A stretch of DNA of 46,854 bases from a bacterium (GCA_029548485.1 JAKPNH010000011.1:1-46854); one strand, 5' to 3'. Positions 35,745 through 45,369 are shown, counted from the stretch's first letter. Made by a program: numbers and translations. The notes: generated by a model not told the origin, from the sequence alone.

Positions 35745-36568
35745 TGTTTCAGGCCGTAGGTTCCCCGCGAGACCAAAACGAATTTGTCCCTGTCTTTGAT
35801 GAGTTCGTTGTGAACGGTCGGAGCGTGGCTCTGGATCATCGAAGCGATCTCCGTGAAGTGAAGCGGCTTGCCCGATTTCTTGAGTGCCAGATAAATTTTC
35901 GCCCTGACCGTTTTCGGATTGATTTCGTCCCAGTCGCGCAGCCCGAGATCGCCGTAGGGCCCGACCCCTATTCTTTTGGAAACGGAAATGTAATTCAGCG
36001 CCACCGGTTCGGTGATGTTCTGCGGAACGATTATCGAACGGAGGATCTCCAGAAATTCTTCGGTTTTCTTAAGCTGTTTCAAAAGCGACGAATGGACCGA
36101 TTCTAAAGCCGCCAAAGCGTCTTCTTTCGAATACCAAAAATCGTAATAGTTTTCGTTTTCTTTTTGGAAATGCGGAGCGTCCTTCAATTGAAGGAGGAAT
36201 CTCAATTTGTTCTTGAAAACCTTCTCTTCCGATTCCGGACGCGAAAGATTGTAGATGTCCTTCATCAGAAAATCGTCTCCCCTGACGCCGCCCGTTCCCG
36301 CGAGGTAATCGACGACGAACTCGATGAGCTTGTCGGTTTCGGCGATCTTGGCGGCCGCCCTCTTCAGGTCGGTCAAAGCTTCGGCTTCCACCTGGCGGAC
36401 CCTTTCGCGGGTGACGCCGTAAGCGTTCCCGAGCTCTTGAAGAGTGGCCGGCTTGTCGGCAACCAAGCCGAATCGTTTTTCAACGATTTTCCGGCTTCTG
36501 TCGTCGAGCTCCGTCTTTCTAATGACAGCCTCGACCAATTCTTCAATGCTCAAGGGATTTTGTTCCAT
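35732..36568 (-). CDS. DNA-binding protein with an N-terminal sigma-70 region-4-like HTH and a C-terminal HARE-HTH-like winged helix
   Basis: Start set at MEQNPLS (ATG 36568) because the longer ORF overlaps tRNA-Lys. RFGL...TLQELGNAYGVTRERVRQVEAEAL reads as region 4.2. C-terminus: GKPLHFTEIASMI...VLVSRGTYGLKQW. Confidence 0.65.
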   Translation of the reverse strand: MEQNPLSIEELVEAVIRKTELDDRSRKIVEKRFGLVADKPATLQELGNAYGVTRERVRQVEAEALTDLKRAAAKIAETDKLIEFVVDYLAGTGGVRGDDFLMKDIYNLSRPESEEKVFKNKLRFLLQLKDAPHFQKENENYYDFWYSKEDALAALESVHSSLLKQLKKTEEFLEILRSIIVPQNITEPVALNYISVSKRIGVGPYGDLGLRDWDEINPKTVRAKIYLALKKSGKPLHFTEIASMIQSHAPTVHNELIKDRDKFVLVSRGTYGLKQWSA

Positions 36569-36581
36569 ATTGTATGTTATA

Positions 36582-36610
36582 AAATTACAACGTTTTCCTG
36601 CCTCTGTCAA
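36582..36610 (-). promoter_or_regulatory. Promoter TTGACA-17-TAATTT for the HTH / membrane / ATPase trio
   Basis: Minus strand reads TTGACA gaggcaggaaaacgttg TAATTT tataacatacaat ATG. The leader is 6 nt or shorter and there is no SD. Confidence 0.5.
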
Positions 36611-36655
36611 GTGAATTTTTGTGGATCGGGTAACGGATAAATAAAATCTATCCTG

Positions 36656-36727
36656 TCCCCCCGGAAGGACTCGAACCTTCAACTTTTTGCTTAAAAGGCA
36701 ACTACTCTACCATTGAGTTACGGGGGG
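36656..36727 (-). tRNA. tRNA-Lys (anticodon UUU), no encoded CCA
   Basis: Hand-folded: acceptor CCCCCCG/CGGGGGG, D arm ACTC-AATGGTA-GAGT, anticodon arm GTTGC-CTTTTAA-GCAAA, variable AAGTT, T arm GAAGG-TTCGAGT-CCTTC, discriminator A. Confidence 0.8.
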
Positions 36728-36738
36728 ACGAGAGAATA

Positions 36739-37800
36739 TTACCATTCGCCGTCCGATTCTTCAAGCGATTTCTTGAGGTCGGAGCTGATTTTTTTCGGAG
36801 TTTTCACCTCGAACCGGATATAGAGGTCGCCTTGCCGGGTGACGCCCTCGCCCGGAACGCGGAGATCGTCGCGGAGATTGAATCCCGCCGGAATGACCGT
36901 TTCGATTTTCTTTCCGGACAGAGTCGTTATCTCCAGTTTTTTGCCGAGGAGGATGTCTTTGAAGCCGATCGATTTTTTCATAATGAGATCGTTCCCGCGC
37001 CGCTCGAAAACCGGATGCGGTTTTATCCTTATCCTCAGATAAAGATCTCCGGCCGGAGCTTCGGCCAAAGCCTCGCCCATGCCGCTCACTTTGATGATCT
37101 GGCCGTTTTCCACTCCCGGCTTGATGTCGATTACGACCTTCCTTTTTCCGGGAACCGCGCCGCGGCCGCGGCAAGCGGAGCAACGTTCTTTGGGTATGTT
37201 TCCTTTTCCGCGGCATTCCGGGCAAGCCGATTCCTGGTAAAAACTGCCGAGGATGGTGTTTCTCATGTTTTTCACCCGGCCGCTGCCTTTGCAGGCTTCG
37301 CACTTGGCCGTCCCTTTTGCCGGATCGTATCCTTTGCCTTTGCATTTTTCGCACTCGATCAAAGTGGAATACTCGATCTCCGCTTTTGTCCCCGAGGCCG
37401 CTTCTTCCAGACTGATCTCCTCGATCATTTCCAGATCGGCTCCTTTGCGGCGGGTTTCGTAGCCGGCTCGCCCTCCTCCGAAAAACGTCTCGAAAATGTC
37501 TCCGATCCCTCCGAAGTTTCCGAAATCGGCTCCGTTGAAATCGACGTTCCAGTTGAATCCCTGGAAAGGATTGGCTCCGGCTTGTCCGTTTCCTTCGAAA
37601 ACCCGTCCGAAGCGGTCGTACTGCTGTCGCTTTTCTTTATTCGAGAGAACCTGATAGGCTTCGTTTATTTTCTTGAACTTCTGCTCGTCTCCCCCGGCTT
37701 TGTCCGGATGGTATTTGTGCGCCAGCTTGCGGTAAGCGGTTTTGATTTCTTCCTCGGAGGCGTTGCGGTCAAGCCCCAAAATTTTGTAATAATCGTCCAT
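36739..37800 (-). CDS. dnaJ: Chaperone DnaJ
   Basis: J domain DYYKILGL...HPDK, a G/F region, and four CxxCxG repeats. Confidence 0.96.
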   Translation of the reverse strand: MDDYYKILGLDRNASEEEIKTAYRKLAHKYHPDKAGGDEQKFKKINEAYQVLSNKEKRQQYDRFGRVFEGNGQAGANPFQGFNWNVDFNGADFGNFGGIGDIFETFFGGGRAGYETRRKGADLEMIEEISLEEAASGTKAEIEYSTLIECEKCKGKGYDPAKGTAKCEACKGSGRVKNMRNTILGSFYQESACPECRGKGNIPKERCSACRGRGAVPGKRKVVIDIKPGVENGQIIKVSGMGEALAEAPAGDLYLRIRIKPHPVFERRGNDLIMKKSIGFKDILLGKKLEITTLSGKKIETVIPAGFNLRDDLRVPGEGVTRQGDLYIRFEVKTPKKISSDLKKSLEESDGEW

Positions 37801-37875
37801 CGCTTGAATAAAAAATCTGCTTTAAAGACAAGCTAAATCCAAAAACGGTTTTTGTAAACTCCTCGGAAACGGCAT

Positions 37876-38880
37876 CTACCGCAAGATCACGGTCTCGCGG
37901 CTCCGGTTTTCCAGGCTGACGCGGGCGAAACCGAAGAAAATCAGTATTCCGTAGAACATCCAGGCGACGGCCGCAAGGATCCAATTGAAAAGCCAGGCGA
38001 AGCTTTGCATAAGAAGAAGGAGAGCCGCGACCACGATCCCGGCGAAAGTGAGTGACGGAAGCGTTTCCAGGAATCCGTCGAATCTGCTTCTTACGATGTC
38101 GTAGAGATTGTCGGAAACGCTCGCGTTCGGATTGAGGTCGGCCTTGGCGAAACCTTCGATCGCTTTTTCGAGTTCGCTCGCCACGGTGCGCAGATACTGC
38201 TCTTGGGTTTCTTCCGGCAGATCTTCGAACCCGACGTCTCCCACGGTCATCCGCGAAGCGTTCTTTTCGGCGAAGACCATCAGGAAATCGCCGAACTCCA
38301 TGTTGGCGTCGACTCCCGGCACGAAAATCCTCATCATTGCCGCGAGCGGCCGGCTGACGTTGTTTTCGAAAGATTTCCTGGAGATCCATTCCTGGTTCGC
38401 CGGATGGATGGCGACGCTAAGGATCACTCCCTCGAAAACCAAAAGCCCGATCATGCTTCCGGAGACGACCGTCCGCGCCACCCGGAAGAAATTCACTTTA
38501 AGGGACGATTCCGATTCTTTCCGTCCGCCCCGGCTCGCCCAAAGGGCCAAAAGATAGAAAACGGCGATGCCTATTCCGAAAATCTCCAAAGGTTCCGCCG
38601 CCTTGAAATAAAACATCGTTCCGGCCAAGGTCGCTATCTCGATGAAAAGAAAGAGCGCGATCCGGCCGAGGTCTTTGACGAACAAGCTTTGGAGGCTAAA
38701 AAAAATCAAAAGCCCGGCGCCCAAAAGCGCGATCCGCAAAAGTCCGCCGAAGGCGAGCGAATACCCGAGGCCGGCCGAGATAACGGACCCGAAAAGCAAA
38801 ATGACTATCAGTTTCGGAATCGAGTAATCGACTTCCGGTTCGTTGCTAACCGGCGGAAGATTCGTCTGGGCTTCGATCAT
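37876..38880 (-). CDS. Polytopic membrane protein of unknown function, located between dnaK and dnaJ
   Basis: 334 aa with about 6 hydrophobic segments flanking a soluble loop of about 120 aa. Overlaps the dnaK 3' end by 35 nt. Confidence 0.6.
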   Translation of the reverse strand: MIEAQTNLPPVSNEPEVDYSIPKLIVILLFGSVISAGLGYSLAFGGLLRIALLGAGLLIFFSLQSLFVKDLGRIALFLFIEIATLAGTMFYFKAAEPLEIFGIGIAVFYLLALWASRGGRKESESSLKVNFFRVARTVVSGSMIGLLVFEGVILSVAIHPANQEWISRKSFENNVSRPLAAMMRIFVPGVDANMEFGDFLMVFAEKNASRMTVGDVGFEDLPEETQEQYLRTVASELEKAIEGFAKADLNPNASVSDNLYDIVRSRFDGFLETLPSLTFAGIVVAALLLLMQSFAWLFNWILAAVAWMFYGILIFFGFARVSLENRSRETVILR

Positions 38881-40687
38881 CTTTTTTATTATACAACGAT
38901 GATCCTATTTTTTGAAGCGCCTGGGAAAGCTCGTCCGCCGAACGGCTGATCGCTTCCGCGTCTTCCCCTTGGTTCGCCTGCTTCAAAGCCTCGATTTTTT
39001 CGCTCACCTCCTTCTTCAGATCCTCGGGGATTTTGTCGCCGTTGTCTTTGAGAGATTTCTCCGCCGTATAGATCAAAGCCTCAGCCTGGTTCTTGGCTTC
39101 CACCGCCTCTTTCTTTTTCCGGTCGGTTTCGGCGTATTGTTCGGCTTCCATTTTCAGGCGCTCGATCTCTTCCTTGCTCAAGGAAGTCTTGGCCTCGACC
39201 CTCACGCTCTGGGTCTTGCCAGTCGCCTTGTCGATGGCTTTGACGCTCAAAATCCCGTTGGCGTCGATGTCGAAAGTGACTTCGATCTGCGGCACCCCGC
39301 GGGGCGCCGGAGGCAAGCCGTCGAGAATGAATTTGGCCAGAGTCTTGTTGTCAGACGCCATCGGGCGTTCGCCCTGCAAAACGTGCACTTCGACCGAAGT
39401 CTGGTTGTCGGCCGCGGTCGAGAAAATCTGTGTTTTGGCCGTGGGCACGGTGGTGTTTTTCGTGATCATCGGCGTGGCCACGCCTCCCATGGTCTCGATG
39501 CTTAAAGTAAGCGGCGTGACATCGAGAAGAAGAATATCCTTGATGTCTCCTTGGAGGATTCCTCCTTGGACCGCGGCTCCCAAAGCCACCACCTCGTCCG
39601 GATTGGTGCCGCGGTGCGGCTCTTTCCCGAAAAGCGCTTTGACCGCTTCCTGCATTTTGGGCATCCTCGTCTGGCCGCCGACCAAAAGCACCTGGTCGAT
39701 CTCCGCGATCTTGAAACCCGATTCCTCGACGGTCTTTTTGGTGAGCTCCAACGACCGGTCGATGTAATCCCCGACCAGCTCTTCCAGTTTGGCGCGGGTT
39801 ATTTTCAAAAGCATGTGTTTCGGGCCGGAAGAGTCGGAGGTGATGTAGGGCAGATTGATTTCCGTCTCCAAAGCTGTCGAAAGCTCATGCTTGGCGCGCT
39901 CGGCCGCTTCTTTCAAGCGCTGCATGGCCAGAGGGTCGTTCGAGATGTCGACGCCTTCCTGTTTTTTGTATTCGGCGATCAGGTATTCGTTGATCCTTTT
40001 GTCGAAATCGTCGCCGCCCAGATGCGTGTCTCCGCCGGTCGCTTTGACCTCGACCGTGTCTTCGCCGATTTCGAGGACGGAGACGTCGAAAGTTCCCCCT
40101 CCGAAATCGTAGACCACGATCTTTTCGTTTTTCTGCTTGTCCAATCCGTAAGCCAAGGCGGCCGCGGTCGGCTCGTTGATGATGCGTCTCACTTTGAAGC
40201 CGGCGATTTCTCCGGCGTTTTTGGTCGCCTGCCTTTGCGAATCGTCGAAATAGGCGGGAACGGTGATGACCGCTTCTTCGATTTTCTCTCCGAGCCTCAT
40301 TTCGGCGTCGGTTTTTAGCTTACCCAAAACCATGGCCGATATTTCTTCGGGCGCGTACCATTTTTCGCCCATCTTGATTTCCACGCCGCCGGAAGACGAC
40401 TCCCTAATGTCGTAAGAAAGCCATTTTTTGTCCCGCTCCACTTCCGTATCGCTCCACTTTCTTCCGATCAATCTTTTCACGGAAAAAATGGTGTTTTTCG
40501 GGTTGGTGATGGATTGCCTTTTCGCGAGAACGCCCACCAGCCGCTCGTTTGCCTTACTCAAGGCGACGATGGACGGAGTGGTCCGATTGCCTTCGCTGTT
40601 TTCTATGATCTCGGCTTCTCCGGCGGAATGGGTGTAGGCCATCGCCGAATTGGTCGTTCCCAAATCTATTCCTATGATTTTAGCCAT
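38846..40687 (-). CDS. dnaK: Chaperone DnaK (Hsp70)
   Basis: Contains [20 protein letters not shown] and LVGGQTRMP. Canonical over its full length. Confidence 0.99.
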   Translation of the reverse strand: MAKIIGIDLGTTNSAMAYTHSAGEAEIIENSEGNRTTPSIVALSKANERLVGVLAKRQSITNPKNTIFSVKRLIGRKWSDTEVERDKKWLSYDIRESSSGGVEIKMGEKWYAPEEISAMVLGKLKTDAEMRLGEKIEEAVITVPAYFDDSQRQATKNAGEIAGFKVRRIINEPTAAALAYGLDKQKNEKIVVYDFGGGTFDVSVLEIGEDTVEVKATGGDTHLGGDDFDKRINEYLIAEYKKQEGVDISNDPLAMQRLKEAAERAKHELSTALETEINLPYITSDSSGPKHMLLKITRAKLEELVGDYIDRSLELTKKTVEESGFKIAEIDQVLLVGGQTRMPKMQEAVKALFGKEPHRGTNPDEVVALGAAVQGGILQGDIKDILLLDVTPLTLSIETMGGVATPMITKNTTVPTAKTQIFSTAADNQTSVEVHVLQGERPMASDNKTLAKFILDGLPPAPRGVPQIEVTFDIDANGILSVKAIDKATGKTQSVRVEAKTSLSKEEIERLKMEAEQYAETDRKKKEAVEAKNQAEALIYTAEKSLKDNGDKIPEDLKKEVSEKIEALKQANQGEDAEAISRSADELSQALQKIGSSLYNKKDDRSPDESSAG

Positions 40688-40731
40688 GTTTGAATAATTT
40701 TTTTGTTAATTTATCCGAATTCTACAAAAAA

Positions 40732-41289
40732 TCAAGACTCCTCTTCCGCGGACTTTTTCCTGGCCACTTTCACCCGCGACGGCCGGAGCAATCTGCCGTT
40801 TAGCATGTATCCCCTTTCCACTTCTTCAATGATCGTCCCTTCGGGTAGGTCCGATTCGACGACGATGGCGGCGTCGTGGATCATCGGGTCGAACATCTGT
40901 CCGGTCGAGATCCTCACCCGCTCCAATCCCCGTTTTTTCAGGACGTCTTCGAACTGGCTTCTGATCATGTAAAAACCCTTCATCGCCGGGCTTTCTTTGT
41001 CCGCGTCCAGGGCGGCGAGCCCGAGGTCGAAGCTGTCGAGGACGATCAGAAGATCCCTGATCAGATCAGAATGGCCGAACCTGGCCAATTCCTGCAAGCG
41101 TTCGGTTTCTTCTTTTTTGTAATTGATGAGTTCGGCCTTGGCCCTTTTCCAGCCGTCCAGATATTCTTCTTTTTCTTTTTCCAATTTCCGGAGTTCGGGG
41201 TTCGAAGATTCCGCATCCGCCTTTTCTTCGGCGTTCGTTTCGGTCGAATCGTTTTTGATCTCTTCGTTCTCCATATTTTTCAAGCTCAT
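40732..41289 (-). CDS. grpE: Nucleotide exchange factor GrpE
   Basis: Contains DGWKRAKAELINYKKE and a C-terminal beta domain (GYMLNGRLLRPSRVKV). The true start may be the ATG at 41274, because ATG 41289 lies inside the predicted -10. Confidence 0.9.
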   Translation of the reverse strand: MSLKNMENEEIKNDSTETNAEEKADAESSNPELRKLEKEKEEYLDGWKRAKAELINYKKEETERLQELARFGHSDLIRDLLIVLDSFDLGLAALDADKESPAMKGFYMIRSQFEDVLKKRGLERVRISTGQMFDPMIHDAAIVVESDLPEGTIIEEVERGYMLNGRLLRPSRVKVARKKSAEEES

Positions 41290-41315
41290 TGTAGATAAAA
41301 ACCTTTCCTTGTCAA
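41288..41315 (-). promoter_or_regulatory. Promoter TTGACA-16-TACAAT for grpE-dnaK
   Basis: Minus strand reads TTGACA aggaaaggtttttatc TACAAT gagcttgaaaaat ATG (the second Met). Confidence 0.5.
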
Positions 41316-41343
41316 CCTGGATTTAGCCATCGGATAAAACCGC

Positions 41344-41352
41344 TGTTATAAT
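41344..41352 (+). promoter_or_regulatory. Extended -10 promoter TGtTATAAT, 9 nt before the cysS ATG
   Basis: Plus strand reads cTGtTATAAT gaagccagc ATG. Confidence 0.5.
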
Positions 41353-41361
41353 GAAGCCAGC

Positions 41362-42720
41362 ATGAAAATCTTCAACACCCTCGGCCGCCGCCTCGAAGAG
41401 TTCAAACCCATCAAAAAAGGCTTTGTCGGGCTCTATACTTGCGGTCCGACCGTCTACAACTTCAGCCACATCGGCAATCTCCGCACCTATATTTTCGAAG
41501 ACGTGCTCCGCCGAGTCCTCGAATGGAACGGATTCAAGGTGAAACAGGTGATGAACATCACCGACGTCGAAGACAAGATCATCAAAAAAGCCATCGAGGA
41601 GTCGAAAACCATTTCCGAGATCACCACTCCCTACACCCGGATCTTCTTTTCCGATCTCGAAGATTTGAACATCAAAAAAGCTGCGGTCTATCCCCGGGCC
41701 ACCAGGCATATCAAGGACATGCTGCGGATGGTCAAAACGCTCGCCCAAAAAGGATTCGCCTACCGCGCCAAAGACGATTCGGTTTATTTCGAAATCGACA
41801 AGTTCCCGGAATACGGAAAGCTGGCCGGGCTCGACAAAGTGGCGCTTCAGTCCGGTGCCCGCGTCGAAAGCGACGAATACGACAAGGAAGAAGCCCGCGA
41901 TTTCGTGCTTTGGAAAGCGCAAAAGCCCAAAGAGCCGAGTTGGCCGTCGGAATTCGGACCCGGACGGCCCGGCTGGCACATCGAGTGTTCGGCCATGAGC
42001 ACGCGCTATCTCGGGCCCACTTTCGACATCCATACCGGCGGCGTGGACAACATCTTCCCCCATCACGAAAACGAGATCGCCCAATCCGAAGCCGCGACCG
42101 GAAAACCGTTCGTCAATTACTGGGTGCACTCCGAACACTTGATGGTCGACGGCCAAAAAATGTCCAAGTCGTTCAATAATTTTTACACCCTGCGGGACGT
42201 CAAAGAGCGCGGATTCGAACCGCTCGCCTTCCGCTACGCCACGCTCATGAGCCACTATCGCTCCAAAATGAATTTCACCTGGGAGGCACTCGAAGCAAGC
42301 CAGAATGCTTTGAACAATCTGCGCTTCGAAATCGCCAAACTCAAAATGTTCGCGGATAAATCCGGTTCCCCGGATGCCGAAAACAAATTCCGCTTCGCTT
42401 TTTCTGAGGCGGTGAACAACGACCTGAACGTTCCTGAAGCCCTGGGCGTTGCCTGGCAAGCCGTCAAAGACGATTCTTTGTCTCCGAAGCAGAAACTCCG
42501 GCTTTTGCTAGATTTCGACAAGATCTTCGGCTTGGGACTCGAAAACGTCAAAAAACCGGTAATTCCACGTAAAATCAAGGCCGTTGTCAAAGAACGGGAG
42601 TTATTAAGAGCTAATAAACAGTTTATCCAGTCCGACGCCTTGAGGAACAAAATAGAAGCGTTAGGATATAAATTGGAAGACACGGAAAACGGCCCGATCG
42701 TCATCAAAAAACCGAAATAA
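41362..42720 (+). CDS. cysS: Cysteinyl-tRNA synthetase
   Basis: Contains the HIGN (HIGH) and KMSKS motifs, and WHIECS. Confidence 0.96.
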   Translation: MKIFNTLGRRLEEFKPIKKGFVGLYTCGPTVYNFSHIGNLRTYIFEDVLRRVLEWNGFKVKQVMNITDVEDKIIKKAIEESKTISEITTPYTRIFFSDLEDLNIKKAAVYPRATRHIKDMLRMVKTLAQKGFAYRAKDDSVYFEIDKFPEYGKLAGLDKVALQSGARVESDEYDKEEARDFVLWKAQKPKEPSWPSEFGPGRPGWHIECSAMSTRYLGPTFDIHTGGVDNIFPHHENEIAQSEAATGKPFVNYWVHSEHLMVDGQKMSKSFNNFYTLRDVKERGFEPLAFRYATLMSHYRSKMNFTWEALEASQNALNNLRFEIAKLKMFADKSGSPDAENKFRFAFSEAVNNDLNVPEALGVAWQAVKDDSLSPKQKLRLLLDFDKIFGLGLENVKKPVIPRKIKAVVKERELLRANKQFIQSDALRNKIEALGYKLEDTENGPIVIKKPK

Positions 42721-44094
42721 ATGGATTCGAAAGACCTAAAACTGCCGCCGCACGATCTGGACGCCGAGCAATCGGTTCTGGGAGCGATCCTCATCGACAA
42801 AGAAGCTTTGGCGAACATCGCCGACATCATCGACGCCGGCGACTTCTACAAGAAAGCGAACGCCGACGTCTATAAGGTCTGCTTCAAGCTTTGGGAAAAA
42901 GGAGAGCCGATAGATATCTTGAGCGTCACTTCCGAACTCAAGAAAATGAATCTGCTCCAGGCCGCGGGCGGTTCCGGCTATCTCGCCGAACTCGTCAACT
43001 CTGTTCCTTCGTCCGCCCACGTGAGCCACTACGCCAAGATCGTCAAAGAAAAAAAGATCCTCCGCGATCTGATCAACGCCTCCCAGGAAATCACGGAAAA
43101 CGCCCTGGGCAGCTCCGAGGATCTCGACATGCTCTTGGACAACGTCGAGCAGAAGATATTTTCCATTTCCAAGTCCTCGGTCGCCAGGAATTTCATTCCG
43201 ATCAAAGACGAGCTCCGCGGCGCCTACGAGCGCATCGCCGAACTCGAACAGGGCGACGGCAAATTAAGGGGCGTTCCCACCGGTTTCACCGCCTTGGACA
43301 ACATGCTCTCCGGGCTCCAGAAATCCGATCTGATCATCGTCGGCGCCCGGCCTTCTTTCGGAAAAAGCTCCTTCGCCCTCGACATCGGCCGCCACGTGGC
43401 CACCAAAGCCAATCTTCCGATCGGGATCTTCACCCTCGAAATGTCGCGCGAACAAGTCGTCGACCGCCTGATCGCCACCGAAGCCCGGGTCGATTTGTGG
43501 AAGCTTCGCACCGGACGCATCGGCAAATCCGACCCGCAGGAATACGAAATGATCCAGGGAGCGCTCGACCGGCTTTCCAGGGCGCCCATCTTCATCGAAG
43601 ACACCCCTTCCCCGAACATCATCGAACTGCGGCGCATGGCCCGCCGTCTGCAGGCCGAAGCCAGGAACTTGAGCCTCATCATCGTCGACTACCTCCAGCT
43701 CATCCAACCGCGAAAGAACTACGACAGCGCCGTCCAGCAAGTGACCGAAGTCTCCCGCGGCCTCAAGGCATTGGCGAGAGAACTGAACGTGCCGGTGATG
43801 GCCGTTTCCCAGCTTTCGAGGGCGGTCGACCAACGGGACAACAAGGCGCCCCGACTTTCCGACCTCCGCGATTCCGGATCCATCGAACAGGACGCCGACG
43901 TCGTCATTTTCATCAATCCGATCTGGCGGCAGAAGGATCCGCGCTCGATCGACCCGGGAGACGACGGCGAAACCGAAATCATCATCGCCAAGCACCGGAA
44001 CGGCCCGATCGGCGTCGTCAAATTGAGATTCAATAAAAATCTGGTTTCTTTCGAAAACGTAGACACCATCCATGACAATCCCGGAATTAATTAA
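42721..44094 (+). CDS. dnaB: Replicative DNA helicase DnaB
   Basis: Contains PPHDLDAEQSVLGAIL, the Walker A GARPSFGKSS and the RecA-like C-terminal domain. No intein. Confidence 0.96.
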   Translation: MDSKDLKLPPHDLDAEQSVLGAILIDKEALANIADIIDAGDFYKKANADVYKVCFKLWEKGEPIDILSVTSELKKMNLLQAAGGSGYLAELVNSVPSSAHVSHYAKIVKEKKILRDLINASQEITENALGSSEDLDMLLDNVEQKIFSISKSSVARNFIPIKDELRGAYERIAELEQGDGKLRGVPTGFTALDNMLSGLQKSDLIIVGARPSFGKSSFALDIGRHVATKANLPIGIFTLEMSREQVVDRLIATEARVDLWKLRTGRIGKSDPQEYEMIQGALDRLSRAPIFIEDTPSPNIIELRRMARRLQAEARNLSLIIVDYLQLIQPRKNYDSAVQQVTEVSRGLKALARELNVPVMAVSQLSRAVDQRDNKAPRLSDLRDSGSIEQDADVVIFINPIWRQKDPRSIDPGDDGETEIIIAKHRNGPIGVVKLRFNKNLVSFENVDTIHDNPGIN

Positions 44095-44674
44095 GCGGTT
44101 CGTCGACGTTTTCTCCGAACTGCCGGGCATCGGCCCGAGACAGGCCATCCGCCTGGCTTTTTATCTGATCGGCCGCGGCAAAGGGTTCAACGAGCAAGTC
44201 TCGGCCGCCGTCGATTCCCTGAAGGAGATCACTCCCTGCAAGAACTGCTTCAATATAACGAAGAACCAAAGCGGACTCTGCGACATCTGCGAAAACCCGA
44301 AGCGGGACCAGAGCGTCATCGCCATTATCGAGAAAGAAACCGACTTGATGTCCATGGAAAACACCAAGAAATTCAACGGGGTCTATCTTATCCTCGGCGA
44401 CCTCAGAAAAACCGGCATTCTGGACGCCGGCCAAAAAAACCGGATCGAGGTCCTGAAAGACCGGATCGTAAGGGATCTCGGCGGCCAAGCCAAAGAGATC
44501 ATCGTCGCTTTCAACCCCACGACCTACGGAGACATCAACAGCCAGATCGTCGGGAAAGAACTCCGGCCTTTGACGGAAAAGATCAGCCGCTTGGGCCGCG
44601 GCATACCGACCGGAGGCGAAATCGAATTCGCCGACGAAGAAACCCTTTCGGCCGCCATCGAACGCAGAGACTAA
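44072..44674 (+). CDS. recR: Recombination protein RecR
   Basis: Contains LPGIGPRQAIRLAFYL, the zinc finger CKNC...CDIC and a Toprim domain. Confidence 0.95.
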   Translation: MTIPELIKRFVDVFSELPGIGPRQAIRLAFYLIGRGKGFNEQVSAAVDSLKEITPCKNCFNITKNQSGLCDICENPKRDQSVIAIIEKETDLMSMENTKKFNGVYLILGDLRKTGILDAGQKNRIEVLKDRIVRDLGGQAKEIIVAFNPTTYGDINSQIVGKELRPLTEKISRLGRGIPTGGEIEFADEETLSAAIERRD

Positions 44675-44699
44675 AAATCCCCCGTTTCGGGGGATTTTT
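44673..44699. terminator. Bidirectional terminator between the convergent recR and rplU
   Basis: aaaaatccccc-gttt-cgggggattttt, with an A-run and a T-run flanking a GC stem. It lies directly between the two stop codons. Confidence 0.8.
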
Positions 44700-44700
44700 C

Positions 44701-45006
44701 TTAAGCGATGACGACTTCGGTGAAATGCTGGCGGTGTCCTTTTTTCTTGCGATAACGGGTCTTGGAATGATAGCGGAAAACGATTATTTTTTTGTCTCTC
44801 GCCTGCCGCGCCACCTTGGCTTTGACCGAAGCGCCGGAGATATAAGGCCGGCCGACCTCCACTTGGCCGTCCTTTTCCTGAAGCAAAACTTTGTCGAAAA
44901 CCACCTCTTGTCCGGGCTCGGCTTCCAATTTTTCTATCTTGATTTTGTCTCCGGAAGAAACAACGTATTGTTTTCCGCCGGTTTCGATGACTGATAACAT
45001 AGGCAA
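44701..45006 (-). CDS. rplU: Ribosomal protein bL21
   Basis: Contains MLSVIETGGKQYVVSSGDKIKIEKL and RYHSKTRYRKKKGHRQHFTEV. Confidence 0.92.
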   Translation of the reverse strand: MPMLSVIETGGKQYVVSSGDKIKIEKLEAEPGQEVVFDKVLLQEKDGQVEVGRPYISGASVKAKVARQARDKKIIVFRYHSKTRYRKKKGHRQHFTEVVIA

Positions 45007-45010
45007 AATA

Positions 45011-45337
45011 CTACCAGAAATAGACTACCGACGCAACCTTTATCAAAACCAGGATGGCGACCATCAACCCGGCCATGGCGAGATACCAGGAGATCAGCCT
45101 CTCTTTCTTGAAAACGATAAAAGACAGCCAGGAATTCATGAGGACGACGATAAACCCGACGGCGATGATTTCCGCGGTCACGGTTTTGTTTCCGATGATT
45201 CCGGTCGCCACCACGAAATTGCCAGCCGGGCCGAGAATATTGACGATTACGGCGACGACGATGACGGCCATGGCCGCGATATCGACGTAAGCCACCGACT
45301 TAAACAATTTCCAATCGCGCAAGATCAAATCTTTCAT
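45011..45337 (-). CDS. Small membrane protein (3 predicted TM segments), unknown function
   Basis: 108 aa and hydrophobic. It is packed tightly between the Cys-rich gene and rplU. Confidence 0.5.
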   Translation of the reverse strand: MKDLILRDWKLFKSVAYVDIAAMAVIVVAVIVNILGPAGNFVVATGIIGNKTVTAEIIAVGFIVVLMNSWLSFIVFKKERLISWYLAMAGLMVAILVLIKVASVVYFW

Positions 45338-45369
45338 GATGTTTTATTTAACAGCAAAAATCGGAAATT

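Noticed and set aside
33447-35759. 770-aa plus-strand ORF. Similar very long ORFs occur at 17375-19417 (680 aa), 2322-3809, 22612-24090, 27783-29183, 11907-13166 and, on the minus strand, 41323-42459.
   Set aside because: Each lies exactly antisense to strongly recognisable conserved genes (r-proteins, EF-G, PBP2, AspRS, SecY, CysS, the ATPase). The translations are low-complexity, rich in R, G, D and F, with no motifs. Stop-poor antisense frames are an expected by-product of the codon bias of the sense genes.
36569-36682. N-terminal 38-codon extension of ORF 35732-36682
   Set aside because: The extension overlaps tRNA-Lys (36656-36727) and the predicted promoter. The internal ATG at 36568 starts the recognisable HTH domain.
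32913-36727. The ATPase module as a genomic island integrated at tRNA-Lys
   Set aside because: The module lies next to the 3' end of tRNA-Lys, but I found no integrase, no relaxase and no direct repeat of the tRNA 3' end near efp. Codon and GC character look like the surrounding core genes by eye.
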